Shown one piece after another: positions 19,818-28,970 of a stretch of DNA of 64,000 bases. The stretch is taken from NCBI GenBank assembly GCA_050013655.1, contig JBEKEV010000011.1:13703-77702 (forward strand), given 5' to 3'. Both the position numbers and the translations under genes were made by a program. Each line of letters opens with the position of its first letter. The first letter of the stretch is position 1. The notes beneath the pieces are model-generated. The model had not been told where the DNA came from. It saw only the letters and a program-made list of their open reading frames with translations, and did not search any database. The DNA comes from Bacteroidota bacterium. GTDB lineage: Bacteria > Bacteroidota > Ignavibacteria > UBA10030.

Positions 19818-22800
19818 TTATAAATTAAACGATAGATTAATGCCATAGTAAAATTGTCTTGGATTCAGAAAATCAAAGGAACTGTTGTTCGGCATATCGA
19901 TATATTCCTTATTATCTAAAATCTTTTTCATCTTGTTTTGATCTACTACAGACCAGCTACCATTGATATAGTTCATATATCTACCAGTTGGACTATCATA
20001 ATAGATAACAGTAGGATCGAAAGCAGATGATTGTGTATTGATTCCGTTTACGTTTCCGCTAAAAAGAATCGGAGTATATACGCCATCTGTACAATATGCC
20101 CCTACCCGATCATTGCCAGGAATATTTGTATTACTATATGCAGGGCTTTGAGGTAAATGCAGCGATTCCATATAAAAATTGAAGTCGCTCGGATCATAGA
20201 AGCTTTCTCCCGACAACCTCTTCGCATTCAATAAGTTGTTCGTCTCCATGAACACCGTTACTGCAAAATTTTTGAAAGAGAAAGTTTTATTGAGGCGAAT
20301 GTTTACATTGAAATAATCTGTAACCTGAACGTTATTTTGGATAGCGGTGGCTAGCTGCGGATTATATGTAAGCCATTGACCGGCTTTCCAGTTTGCTACG
20401 ATATTAAGAGACCAATCACCCAGAAGATCACCTCCGAGGAAATGAGGCCCAAAATTTATCGGTGTTAAAAACGTAATACTTGCATTAGCACGAGGTTGGG
20501 CAACCGGTGTTTGTCGAACAAGCAGATATAACGGATTCGTCTGACTATTGTCGAGTATTGCTTGTTCGGCTGGATTATCAGCAATGGCTACTTGGCCAAA
20601 TTGACCCGACGTTGCCACTTGGTATATGTAATTAATAAAACCCCGTACCCAGTCACCGGAAGTTTTTCTGAGAGTTAACTCAAGTCCTCGAACATCCGAA
20701 TAGCTATTGTTGTTGGCTGCATAGTAAGCAATACTTTTCTGATCACTCGTATAAAATGTAAATGCCTGCTGAGATGAAATATCATTATAAAAAGCTGCAA
20801 TTTGAATCAAGTATGTATCAAAGAGAGACTGATCAAAACCTAATTCATAAGAGACGGTTTGAGCTTGTGGCAAATTCGGATCACCATAATTGCGCAAATC
20901 GCCTGCTTGTCCACGACCTATTCTGTAAATCTCATCATAGGAAGGCATCTCTTTAAAGTGTCCGTAATTAAAATACAGTTTTGAACTTTCTGTAATCGGA
21001 TGCGAAATACCTAATCGGGGACTGAAAGAAATGTCAGTCTTAACACGTTCTTTCGCATATTGAATAGTATCATTATAGGCAGCGGAGAAAAAGGATTGAT
21101 TAAAAGGATCCGCAGCAGCATCAACCCAATCAGTATTTGGATTGCTTATGTCCATTCTTACGCCGAGATTGGCGATAAATCCATATGCTTCTATCTTATC
21201 CTGTACATACGCAGAGATAAGGTAGGGATTGAAATGCTGTTTCACCCAATCCACATCACTGAAAGCCGGATTCACTGTACCATAATTCATATTAAGATCG
21301 TAATATGAAAATTCAAATCCTGCTTTAAACATATGCTCTTTAGTAGCTTGACTTGTTATATCTCCCTTAATTTTCAGCGTATTCAGCTTGCTGGAATCAC
21401 GTGCAGTAGCACTGTGACCACCAAAGAATAAAGACGCATCTCCAATACCTGATGTCAGCTGAGAACTATATCCGTAAGGTGCTTCATCAACAAAATACCC
21501 CGGAGCTATTTCATAATTTTGGGCAGTATCCCTTGCAGCAATAGGTCCCGTGAGATAGCTACGATGTTCATCTTGTATACTTATTTCATAATACGTCGAT
21601 AAGCTTAACATAGAAGTGATTTTTGCACCTACATTGAAATCACTGACAACTGCCGGACAATACCAAGAATCATCATATACCCTGCTTGACCTTTGTTCAT
21701 ACGTAATACCAGCTATTTGATCTGGTGTTCGCAGATAGTCTGTCGGATTCCAAAATGGGTAAGTCCCTGGAGCCTGTGTGAGCCAAGCCTGATTGTAATA
21801 TCCGTTATCAGTCGCGTTAATAGCGACATTATAGGATTTACCTATCGAGGCATTTAGCAACAGTTTCGTTTTGTTGTTTATATCTGAATTCAACTTAATT
21901 GACCAGTTATAATCCTCATAATCTGGACGGCTGAGAGGAATAAGAAGCATTTCTTTGTTCATAATAAAACTTGTAAAGAACCGAAGATTGCCCAAATCCT
22001 CACCAATGATTGGTATAGGCCCGCCAATACTACCGTCAATATTATAATCGGGTGAGTTCGTAGAAGGAGTTAGTCTATGTTGGTACTCATAGAGACGTTG
22101 ACACGCTGCGGGCGAAAGATCAATACCCTGTTGCAAATATTGTTGAGAAATAGCGTTCCAGCCGACAAACTTAGGATATTGATTCTGAGTATATATGCTC
22201 CATGCCCCGTTATTAGTACCCGTCCAACAAACGGCAGGGTCCATATAGGGGCGGTTCCACATCGAATTAGGATCATACTCAGACATTCCGAAATATTTCT
22301 GTTGTGGAGGACTGTACTTTACATTTATGGAACCAGAATAATGAGAAACATCCCCTTCCTTTTGGACGATATTTACAACACCGGAGCGCGCCTGTCCATA
22401 CTCTGCGGCAAAACCTCCCTTTTCTATCGAAACTTCCTGAATGGAAGTTAAGGCAATATTAGAAATAGGTTTATTGTTTCTGGGATCACGTTGAGTTGTA
22501 CCATCTACATTAAGAAGCATGTCGCTTGCGTTGCCGCCTCTAATGACAAAACCATCTTCCACTCCTGCTTGCAAGCCCACCATATCATTAATCGAAGTTA
22601 CGGGAAGAATTGTCAATTCCTCAGGCTGTACTGTACTGACACTGGAGGATACATCCTTTTTGACGACGTGTCTTTCAGCAACAACTTCAACAATTCCCGA
22701 TTCAATTGCTTGAGTCTCCATTTCAACGTTAACAGTTGCAGTTTGATCTATAAGAACACGTATTCCATTCACAGTGACCGTCGAATAACCAACCATACTT

Positions 22801-23039
22801 GTTATAATATTATGGATACCAGGCGGAACAGATAGAATTGCATAGTACCCATCAATATCTGTGGCCGCGCCCAGAGATGTTCCCTTAACAATGACATTAA
22901 GGCCGACAAGCGGTTCACGAGTTTCTTTGTCCACAACTCTGCCAGCTATTTTTCCTGTCGTCCCTGCTAAAATAATATTTACCGTCAGTGCAAAAAGTAA
23001 GGCAAAATAGATAAGAATTCGGTATTGACCCGATACCAT
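19818..23039 (-). CDS. TonB-dependent outer-membrane receptor, SusC-like, with N-terminal CarboxypepD_reg domain and no SusD partner
   Basis: 1073 aa; GKIAGRVVDKETREPLVGLNVIVKGTSLGAATDIDGYYAI (CarbopepD_reg); a TonB-box-like VEVVAER; plug and long beta-barrel; C-terminal aromatic residue; strong AAGGAG Shine-Dalgarno. Confidence 0.8.
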   Translation of the reverse strand: MVSGQYRILIYFALLFALTVNIILAGTTGKIAGRVVDKETREPLVGLNVIVKGTSLGAATDIDGYYAILSVPPGIHNIITSMVGYSTVTVNGIRVLIDQTATVNVEMETQAIESGIVEVVAERHVVKKDVSSSVSTVQPEELTILPVTSINDMVGLQAGVEDGFVIRGGNASDMLLNVDGTTQRDPRNNKPISNIALTSIQEVSIEKGGFAAEYGQARSGVVNIVQKEGDVSHYSGSINVKYSPPQQKYFGMSEYDPNSMWNRPYMDPAVCWTGTNNGAWSIYTQNQYPKFVGWNAISQQYLQQGIDLSPAACQRLYEYQHRLTPSTNSPDYNIDGSIGGPIPIIGEDLGNLRFFTSFIMNKEMLLIPLSRPDYEDYNWSIKLNSDINNKTKLLLNASIGKSYNVAINATDNGYYNQAWLTQAPGTYPFWNPTDYLRTPDQIAGITYEQRSSRVYDDSWYCPAVVSDFNVGAKITSMLSLSTYYEISIQDEHRSYLTGPIAARDTAQNYEIAPGYFVDEAPYGYSSQLTSGIGDASLFFGGHSATARDSSKLNTLKIKGDITSQATKEHMFKAGFEFSYYDLNMNYGTVNPAFSDVDWVKQHFNPYLISAYVQDKIEAYGFIANLGVRMDISNPNTDWVDAAADPFNQSFFSAAYNDTIQYAKERVKTDISFSPRLGISHPITESSKLYFNYGHFKEMPSYDEIYRIGRGQAGDLRNYGDPNLPQAQTVSYELGFDQSLFDTYLIQIAAFYNDISSQQAFTFYTSDQKSIAYYAANNNSYSDVRGLELTLRKTSGDWVRGFINYIYQVATSGQFGQVAIADNPAEQAILDNSQTNPLYLLVRQTPVAQPRANASITFLTPINFGPHFLGGDLLGDWSLNIVANWKAGQWLTYNPQLATAIQNNVQVTDYFNVNIRLNKTFSFKNFAVTVFMETNNLLNAKRLSGESFYDPSDFNFYMESLHLPQSPAYSNTNIPGNDRVGAYCTDGVYTPILFSGNVNGINTQSSAFDPTVIYYDSPTGRYMNYINGSWSVVDQNKMKKILDNKEYIDMPNNSSFDFLNPRQFYYGINLSFNL

Positions 23040-23392
23040 AGACTTTCTCCTTTAATAAATTCTTTCTAGTCCAACTCTATATTATCTAACAAAATAAATA
23101 ATTGCCTATCTACAATAACTTAAAAATCGACACAATGATTCTTTAATATTCAGATGTTCTATCTTTGTTATGCGAGAATTTATATTTTGGATTCTTTGAA
23201 ATGAATTTACAATATATTGATTTTGTACTCTAATGAAATCGAATGAACTGCTTCTTAACGCGTTTCGATACATCAATGCAAAGAACACTATACTTAAATG
23301 AAGAATATTTCTGATTACGGAACCCGAATTGAGGCAAGCATTACAACCACAATGCCTTTTCAAAATATAACACCTTTCTTCAAATCCTTTTC

Positions 23393-23408
23393 CGCAACAT
23401 CTGTACCA
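23393..23408 (-). promoter_or_regulatory. Candidate sigma54 (-24/-12) promoter for the TonB-receptor operon
   Basis: Minus-strand TGGTACAGATGTTGCG has GG and GC elements at the canonical 12-nt offset (consensus TGGCAC-N5-TTGCW). It lies about 350 nt upstream of the receptor ATG, next to the sigma54-activator gene. Confidence 0.35.
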
Positions 23409-23524
23409 AGTAAAAATCCGGTTTTTTCTGCGAGAGTTAGTAAGTAAGTTAGGAGGGATTATTATGCTAATAATGACTGCATTATCAGCCATGATAATTG
23501 ACCTAAGGGAATAAATATCTAGAG

Positions 23525-23555
23525 AGAACTGCGAATTAGCGTATAAAGCAGTTCT
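23525..23555. promoter_or_regulatory. Inverted repeat AGAACTGC-N15-GCAGTTCT; a possible enhancer (UAS) for the sigma54 activator, or a stem-loop at the 3' end of the response-regulator gene
   Basis: Perfect 8-bp arms, about 130 bp upstream of the candidate sigma54 promoter. No U-tract follows on either strand. Confidence 0.25.
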
Positions 23556-23572
23556 TTAGAAAAATATGCACA

Positions 23573-25036
23573 TTAATTTTTCAATCCAAGTTCTTTGCAC
23601 ATCCTGTGAAAATTCGGGGGAGCGAGACCGAGTTTTCGGGCTGCTTCTGCATCAGACGAAGAATTCTTACGGATAAATGTGAAGTATTTTTTTCTGAAAA
23701 TGTTTTCCATCTCTCGCAACGAAGGAGCATTTTCAGAATCCTGAAAGAATACTGCATTACTATCGGTATATTGATGAGATGATGGATGAAGAGACAATAC
23801 TTCCTTAATAATTTCCGGAGTAATGATGCTTTCTTCTCGAAGAAGAAGTCTTTGAACAACATTCTGGACTTCTCTGACATTGCCGGGCCAATCATATCTT
23901 TTCAAGACATCAAAAGCAGTTTCTTCCGTGGTAGGAGTCGGTCTGATCATTTCGATACTCATTTGACGCATGAAGTGTTCCCAGAGAACCAGGATATCCT
24001 CCGGTCTCTCTTTGAGAGGAGGTGCATAGAGAGGGACAACATGTAAACGATAGAAAAGGTCTTCACGAAACCTCCCGGCAGCAATTTCTTGTTGTAACAC
24101 TTTGTTCGTTGCAGCAAGAATCCGTACATCCACTTTAACTTTCTCTCCTGTTCTCCCAATCTTTTCAATCTCACCATCCTGGATGACCCTCAATAATTTA
24201 ACCTGTGCAATAAGAGGAAGTTCTGCGACTTCATCAAGAAAGATTGTGCCATGATTGGCTTGTTCAAAAAGCCCTCTTTTGTTTGCATTTGCCCCCGTGA
24301 ATGCACCTTTCTCGTAACCGAACAATTCGCTTTCTATCAATTCATCTGGAATACTGCCGCAATTAATGGTAACAAAATTTTCTAATCTTCTTTTACTTTC
24401 ATAATGAATATTGATCGCAACCAGCTCTTTCCCTGTACCAGATGGGCCAGAAATCAGCACAGTCGCATCGGTCACCGCTAACTGTTTGATTTGTGCTCGA
24501 ATCTTTTGGATTTGTTCTGAAACTCCGAGGATTTTTGTGCGAGATAGCATACCTTCGACATTACGCAGCAGCTTCTTTTCTGACCGCGACTTTTCACTCT
24601 CAAGCCTTTTCCTTTGATACGCGTTGAAGATGCTCAGGATGAAGTCGGTTGGTTGGTAAATATAATCTTCAATATCAATAGGATACTTTGTACAGTACCA
24701 AAATGCCCCTGCCTGAAGAATGCGATTCGCAAAATCAAAGTCTGTGATATTGACAGTCATCTTTGTAATAACGATGATTTGATGTGAAGGTGCCATTCGT
24801 TTAATTGCCCTTATCAGCGCTTCCCCCATCGTACCGCCGGCAATCTGGAGGTCCATAATCACGACATCATATTGCTCATTGTGTTGCGCAAGCAGTTCTA
24901 AAGCCGAATCACCATTTGACACAACCTCGCGAATTTCAATTTGATGCTCGAATGGTTTGAGTGTATTTCGTACTCGGCGAACATCAAACTCTTCATCCTC
25001 AATAAGTAAGACTTGTATACGTTCATCAGTTGGCAT
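23573..25036 (-). CDS. Sigma54-dependent two-component response regulator (NtrC family)
   Basis: REC domain (VLLIEDEEFD...IMDLQ), AAA+ sigma54-interaction domain (GPSGTGKE, GAFTGA, the FRED-like box EDLFYRL), C-terminal Fis-type HTH. Confidence 0.9.
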   Translation of the reverse strand: MPTDERIQVLLIEDEEFDVRRVRNTLKPFEHQIEIREVVSNGDSALELLAQHNEQYDVVIMDLQIAGGTMGEALIRAIKRMAPSHQIIVITKMTVNITDFDFANRILQAGAFWYCTKYPIDIEDYIYQPTDFILSIFNAYQRKRLESEKSRSEKKLLRNVEGMLSRTKILGVSEQIQKIRAQIKQLAVTDATVLISGPSGTGKELVAINIHYESKRRLENFVTINCGSIPDELIESELFGYEKGAFTGANANKRGLFEQANHGTIFLDEVAELPLIAQVKLLRVIQDGEIEKIGRTGEKVKVDVRILAATNKVLQQEIAAGRFREDLFYRLHVVPLYAPPLKERPEDILVLWEHFMRQMSIEMIRPTPTTEETAFDVLKRYDWPGNVREVQNVVQRLLLREESIITPEIIKEVLSLHPSSHQYTDSNAVFFQDSENAPSLREMENIFRKKYFTFIRKNSSSDAEAARKLGLAPPNFHRMCKELGLKN

Positions 25037-25057
25037 AATGTCTCTTTTCCTATCTTC

Positions 25058-26560
25058 TCAATGCGGTGCAATAAAGATAAATTTACATCCTCCAGCTGGA
25101 AGGTTCTCTGCATCGATCTTCCAACCGAAGCGTTGCGTCGCAAGTTCATACGCAATATAACAACCATATCCAGAGTGTTCCTTGCCCGCTAAGGTGCCAG
25201 AGGTTACTTGTTCTTGGAATATTTTCTTGATACCGTTCCCATCACTTTCCAAAAGATCTGGGCGAATTCCTGTTCCATTATCCGCAATCGTGATTATCGA
25301 TTGCTTCAGCGTAGGATTGTATTCTGTTTTAATGGTGACGACTTTATTCTCTACTCCAGAATGGTCTACACTGTTCTGGATAATTGGTTCGAGCACTTCC
25401 CAAATAACATATTCATTGATGGCAACTTCAGGCATCATAGGATCAAGCTGAAGTTCAAACTTCGTTATCGGTCGGTTATCCGACACCCGCTGAAAAATGT
25501 TTTCCACAATAAATTGAATACCCTCATTCACGTTCGTTCTAAACAGCGGGCTTCGAATTGTTTGGATAGGCGGATCATACCATTTCATATCATAGATCAC
25601 CCGAGCAATGAAGCTGGCGTATTTGCCGATGCGGTTCTTTATAAAGCCGATGTTTTCAGCCGTTAAACTTCGCAGATCCTCTTTAATAAATCCGACAATT
25701 TTTTCAGCTTTATGATGAGTATGATAGATTCGCTTTGTAAAAAGCATTTCTTTTTGATGATTGATTTGCTCTGCCAAATGCAATTTCTGTTCTTCAAATA
25801 GCAACCGCTGCACCTCGTTCCGCTCGGTAAGGGTCCGTGTCGAGATATAGAACATCGCAAGTAATCCTACAATGATGAGAGCAGAATAAACCAATGCTGT
25901 CTGACTATAGTTCTTCGACATTTCCTCAGTAAGAAATGTCAGATCAGGAATAGTCTTCATGTATACCGCACCGACAAATTCGCCCCGCGGAACGAACGGA
26001 ATAAAGACATGAAATATCTGTTCCCGCTCCACGATAGTGTAGGTTTGCTCTATTTTGCGAAGCGTATCCTGTACCGATTGGAACAATCGAATTGCCTCGG
26101 CATGTATGCTATCCGAACTTTGAATCCTTTTCGTCTCTCCAAACAAATAGTCATACAATTGTTTACCATCGTCGATTGCAATGATTGCGTTCCCGTGTGG
26201 AATAAGTATAGATACACTTTGAACGTTTTTGTCTAACAATTGCTGGCTAAAAATGATGTTAAAATCCTGAATGATTTTCCGTTCTTCGCTGTCAGAAAGT
26301 TTTGCATTCGAACCCTTCGATTCTAAAAGCATTTCAATGGAAGTAGTAGTCAGATTAGCAATACGTTCAGCGGCATCCTGCTGATACCATTGCTGAGATT
26401 TGACAAATACTTTCCGGAGTGAATTTTGATTCATGAAGAGAACAATGAACTGGAAAACAATCAGTACCAGCGCAATGACTGTGATGTGGCGGATTTCAAT
26501 CCGATATTTATGATATCTGTCCCGAAACCGTTGAGGAGTATTTTGTTTCTCTCTTTTCAT
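25058..26560 (-). CDS. Membrane sensor histidine kinase with a periplasmic sensing domain of about 175 aa
   Basis: Two TM segments flank the periplasmic domain; H-box-like region (IYHTHHK); HATPase_c motifs (DNGTGI, GYGCYIAYE); 4-bp overlap (ATGA) with the upstream SBP gene. Confidence 0.8.
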   Translation of the reverse strand: MKREKQNTPQRFRDRYHKYRIEIRHITVIALVLIVFQFIVLFMNQNSLRKVFVKSQQWYQQDAAERIANLTTTSIEMLLESKGSNAKLSDSEERKIIQDFNIIFSQQLLDKNVQSVSILIPHGNAIIAIDDGKQLYDYLFGETKRIQSSDSIHAEAIRLFQSVQDTLRKIEQTYTIVEREQIFHVFIPFVPRGEFVGAVYMKTIPDLTFLTEEMSKNYSQTALVYSALIIVGLLAMFYISTRTLTERNEVQRLLFEEQKLHLAEQINHQKEMLFTKRIYHTHHKAEKIVGFIKEDLRSLTAENIGFIKNRIGKYASFIARVIYDMKWYDPPIQTIRSPLFRTNVNEGIQFIVENIFQRVSDNRPITKFELQLDPMMPEVAINEYVIWEVLEPIIQNSVDHSGVENKVVTIKTEYNPTLKQSIITIADNGTGIRPDLLESDGNGIKKIFQEQVTSGTLAGKEHSGYGCYIAYELATQRFGWKIDAENLPAGGCKFIFIAPH

Positions 26561-27885
26561 TTGATCAGCACTTCGTTTGAACGAATAAGTTCGTCAATAC
26601 GGGCGAGAGCCTGATCGACAGAAATTTCTCGCTTGATTGCGAGATGTGCAAAATGAGAAATTATATCTGAAACCTTTGTATATTCGACAAGGGCAGGTCG
26701 ATGAAATCCACGACGGAGTAATCGATGGAAAAACGACAATTCATTATGAGTACTCAGGAATACACTATCTTCATAGACAGAATTGATAGCCGGCAAATAT
26801 CCCATTCGTTCAAATATCATTCGTTGAATTGCTTCGCTTTGAAAGAACCGAATGAATTCAATGGCTTCTTTTTTCTTTGTGGAAGATTTTGATATCATCA
26901 AATTCCAACCACCGAAGACAGAGGTCGATGGTCTTCCTTTGAAATGAGGAAGAGGTGCTTTGGCAATGTATTCGAGCTTAGACGGATCTGAGTACGAAGA
27001 ACGTAGATTTTGGACAAAATCAGGCCAGCTGCGTACAAAAACACCATCGTGGTCGAGCATGTATTTATTGCACAAGAATTCATCGAAGTCCGTCACCTCT
27101 TGAGGCGTAGTTCCATCTTTCACAAAGTCAACCATCATTTGAAGAGGTTTCGCTGCTGATGGAGAAAGAAAATGGAACTTGTTCGATTTTAAAAAATCCG
27201 GATCATAACCAACTGCTAATTCGAGGTAATTGCATACCAATCCCTCATAATCTTTTGCCGGGAAAAGATAGAATGGTCTCTTCATAAAAGTTAATCGCTT
27301 GCGCAATTGTGCCATTTCTTCCCAGGTCATCGACTCCTGGAGTCGCTTCTCAACAGCATCTGCATCCAGCAATTTTCGAATAATATCACGTCGATAATAC
27401 AAAAGGCCAACATCTAAGTACATCGGCATAGCCACAAGTGCTCCTTCAAATACACATGACTTCAGAGCATCTTTCAATAAACGTTGTTTCTCATCCATGG
27501 AAAAGTAGGAATCCAGCGGTTCACTCCATTTTGCAAAACGCGGGACCCAAATCAAATCGACAGCAAAGATATCGAGTTTTTCGCTCTTGCTGCGAAGCGA
27601 ACGTGTAAGCAACTCTTTCCGTTCGTTCGTACTGAATTTCGAAAAAGGCAGATTAACGGGAATGACTTCAATCTTTCCTGCATACAAGCGATTGAACTCG
27701 TCAATCGCCAGCTGATGTGAGGGAGAAATATTATCCGCGTAGTATAACTTAACAGGCTGGTTTTTTTCTTCCTTATGGAACACACCAAGAATTGTCGTAA
27801 GCCATCCTATACCAATAAATATTGGGACAATAAGGATTGCTAAAATAAGTAAGTACCTCTTATGCATAAGATGATTTCTTCCCAT
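26557..27885 (-). CDS. Membrane-anchored family-1 extracellular solute (sugar)-binding protein, orphan (no ABC permease or ATPase partners); likely a ligand-sensing partner of the kinase
   Basis: N-terminal TM anchor; SBP_bac_1-like sequence throughout; translationally coupled to the kinase gene; no permease genes adjacent. Confidence 0.7.
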   Translation of the reverse strand: MGRNHLMHKRYLLILAILIVPIFIGIGWLTTILGVFHKEEKNQPVKLYYADNISPSHQLAIDEFNRLYAGKIEVIPVNLPFSKFSTNERKELLTRSLRSKSEKLDIFAVDLIWVPRFAKWSEPLDSYFSMDEKQRLLKDALKSCVFEGALVAMPMYLDVGLLYYRRDIIRKLLDADAVEKRLQESMTWEEMAQLRKRLTFMKRPFYLFPAKDYEGLVCNYLELAVGYDPDFLKSNKFHFLSPSAAKPLQMMVDFVKDGTTPQEVTDFDEFLCNKYMLDHDGVFVRSWPDFVQNLRSSYSDPSKLEYIAKAPLPHFKGRPSTSVFGGWNLMISKSSTKKKEAIEFIRFFQSEAIQRMIFERMGYLPAINSVYEDSVFLSTHNELSFFHRLLRRGFHRPALVEYTKVSDIISHFAHLAIKREISVDQALARIDELIRSNEVLIK

Positions 27886-28191
27886 TATGCTACTATTAGT
27901 AGCAATCTAAGATGCAATTAGGAGATTTACAAGTGTGCAGGAATTTTACAAATAGCTCACTGCGAACAAAATTATTCGAGTAAGTTTGACTCGTTTGGAT
28001 ATTTCCTGAAATTTAGAATTTCTGAATGTCAATGCATGCAATAATAAAGGTCCATATCTAAATTATTGTTGTTTCCAAGCTGCGCCATAACGATATTAAA
28101 AAGTATACATATGATTACTTCCACGAATGCTTGTTTATTCCTCGCCAACAACCATTTACCGGCTATTTAACTTCAATTACTTATACTCCCT

Positions 28192-28545
28192 CTAATCGTT
28201 ATCTGTTGTACATTTATCTGACTTTTGAAATGCTTTGTATATTTTCTTCCACAAATGTGTAACATTTTTTTCGTTTCTGCCGGAAAAGAAAATATGTTCT
28301 TCTAAATCTTGCGAGAACTCTTCCCTTTGAGATATTGTACCAACTGATTGACCAATACGTGCGGCGGAACCGATACCATCAGATGAACATGATCTTTGGA
28401 AAGATGCCCTTGGATGATCTCGACATCGTAACTTCGACATATCTCTCTGATCAATTCGCGTGCTCGTGTTGCAATCTCACCTTGCAAGACTGGCTTGCGA
28501 TATTTCGTGATCCATACCAGGTGATACTTACTATCATAGACTCAT
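28192..28545 (-). mobile_element. tnpA: IS200/IS605-family tnpA (Y1 HUH transposase) remnant, a pseudogene with multiple frameshifts
   Basis: Minus-strand translation gives M-S-L (frameshift) YDSKYHLVWITKYRKPVLQGEIATRARELIREICRSYDVEIIQGHLSKDHVHLMVSVPPHVLVNQLVQYLKGKSSRKI(stop). The C-terminal part (…HLWKKIYKAFQ…) is in another frame. HxH and YH..W..KYR are IS200 TnpA hallmarks. Confidence 0.65.
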
Positions 28546-28970
28546 TGACTCGACTTGCAATAATATTTTATGACGCAAGCATACTAAAGTTTTCGCCTAA
28601 AGTCGAGGGTTTCTCTCCCATTTCTCAAGGGGGGCAATAAAAAGGAATAAGTGGGATACAAAAAAATCAAAATGTAACCGTTTCTAGAACCAAGCATCTA
28701 AGTAGTAGTGTTCAATTTAATTGATTTTTCCAAACTCCTCCTTATGCATTACTTTACGTCCACGCTTTCTTGATTATTACCAAAAATCATCGAAATGTGC
28801 ACGAAATTTGCGTATGAGTTTGGAACGGTCTCCTTCCTTCTTGATCCCGACACGATTGCAACGTGGCGGGAGAAATCCCGCTGCTTCCGCGTTTTTCAGT
28901 GTCCCATGTTTTTTACGAGATTAGCGGGACCCCGCGATTTTTGGCAATCACAACTTTATCGCCCCCATTG

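Noticed and set aside
23106-23492. 128-aa minus-strand ORF in the 530-bp spacer upstream of the TonB receptor
   Set aside because: Low-complexity, Cys/Arg/Ile-rich translation in an AT-rich region; no Shine-Dalgarno; more plausibly non-coding leader/promoter DNA (it contains the candidate sigma54 promoter).
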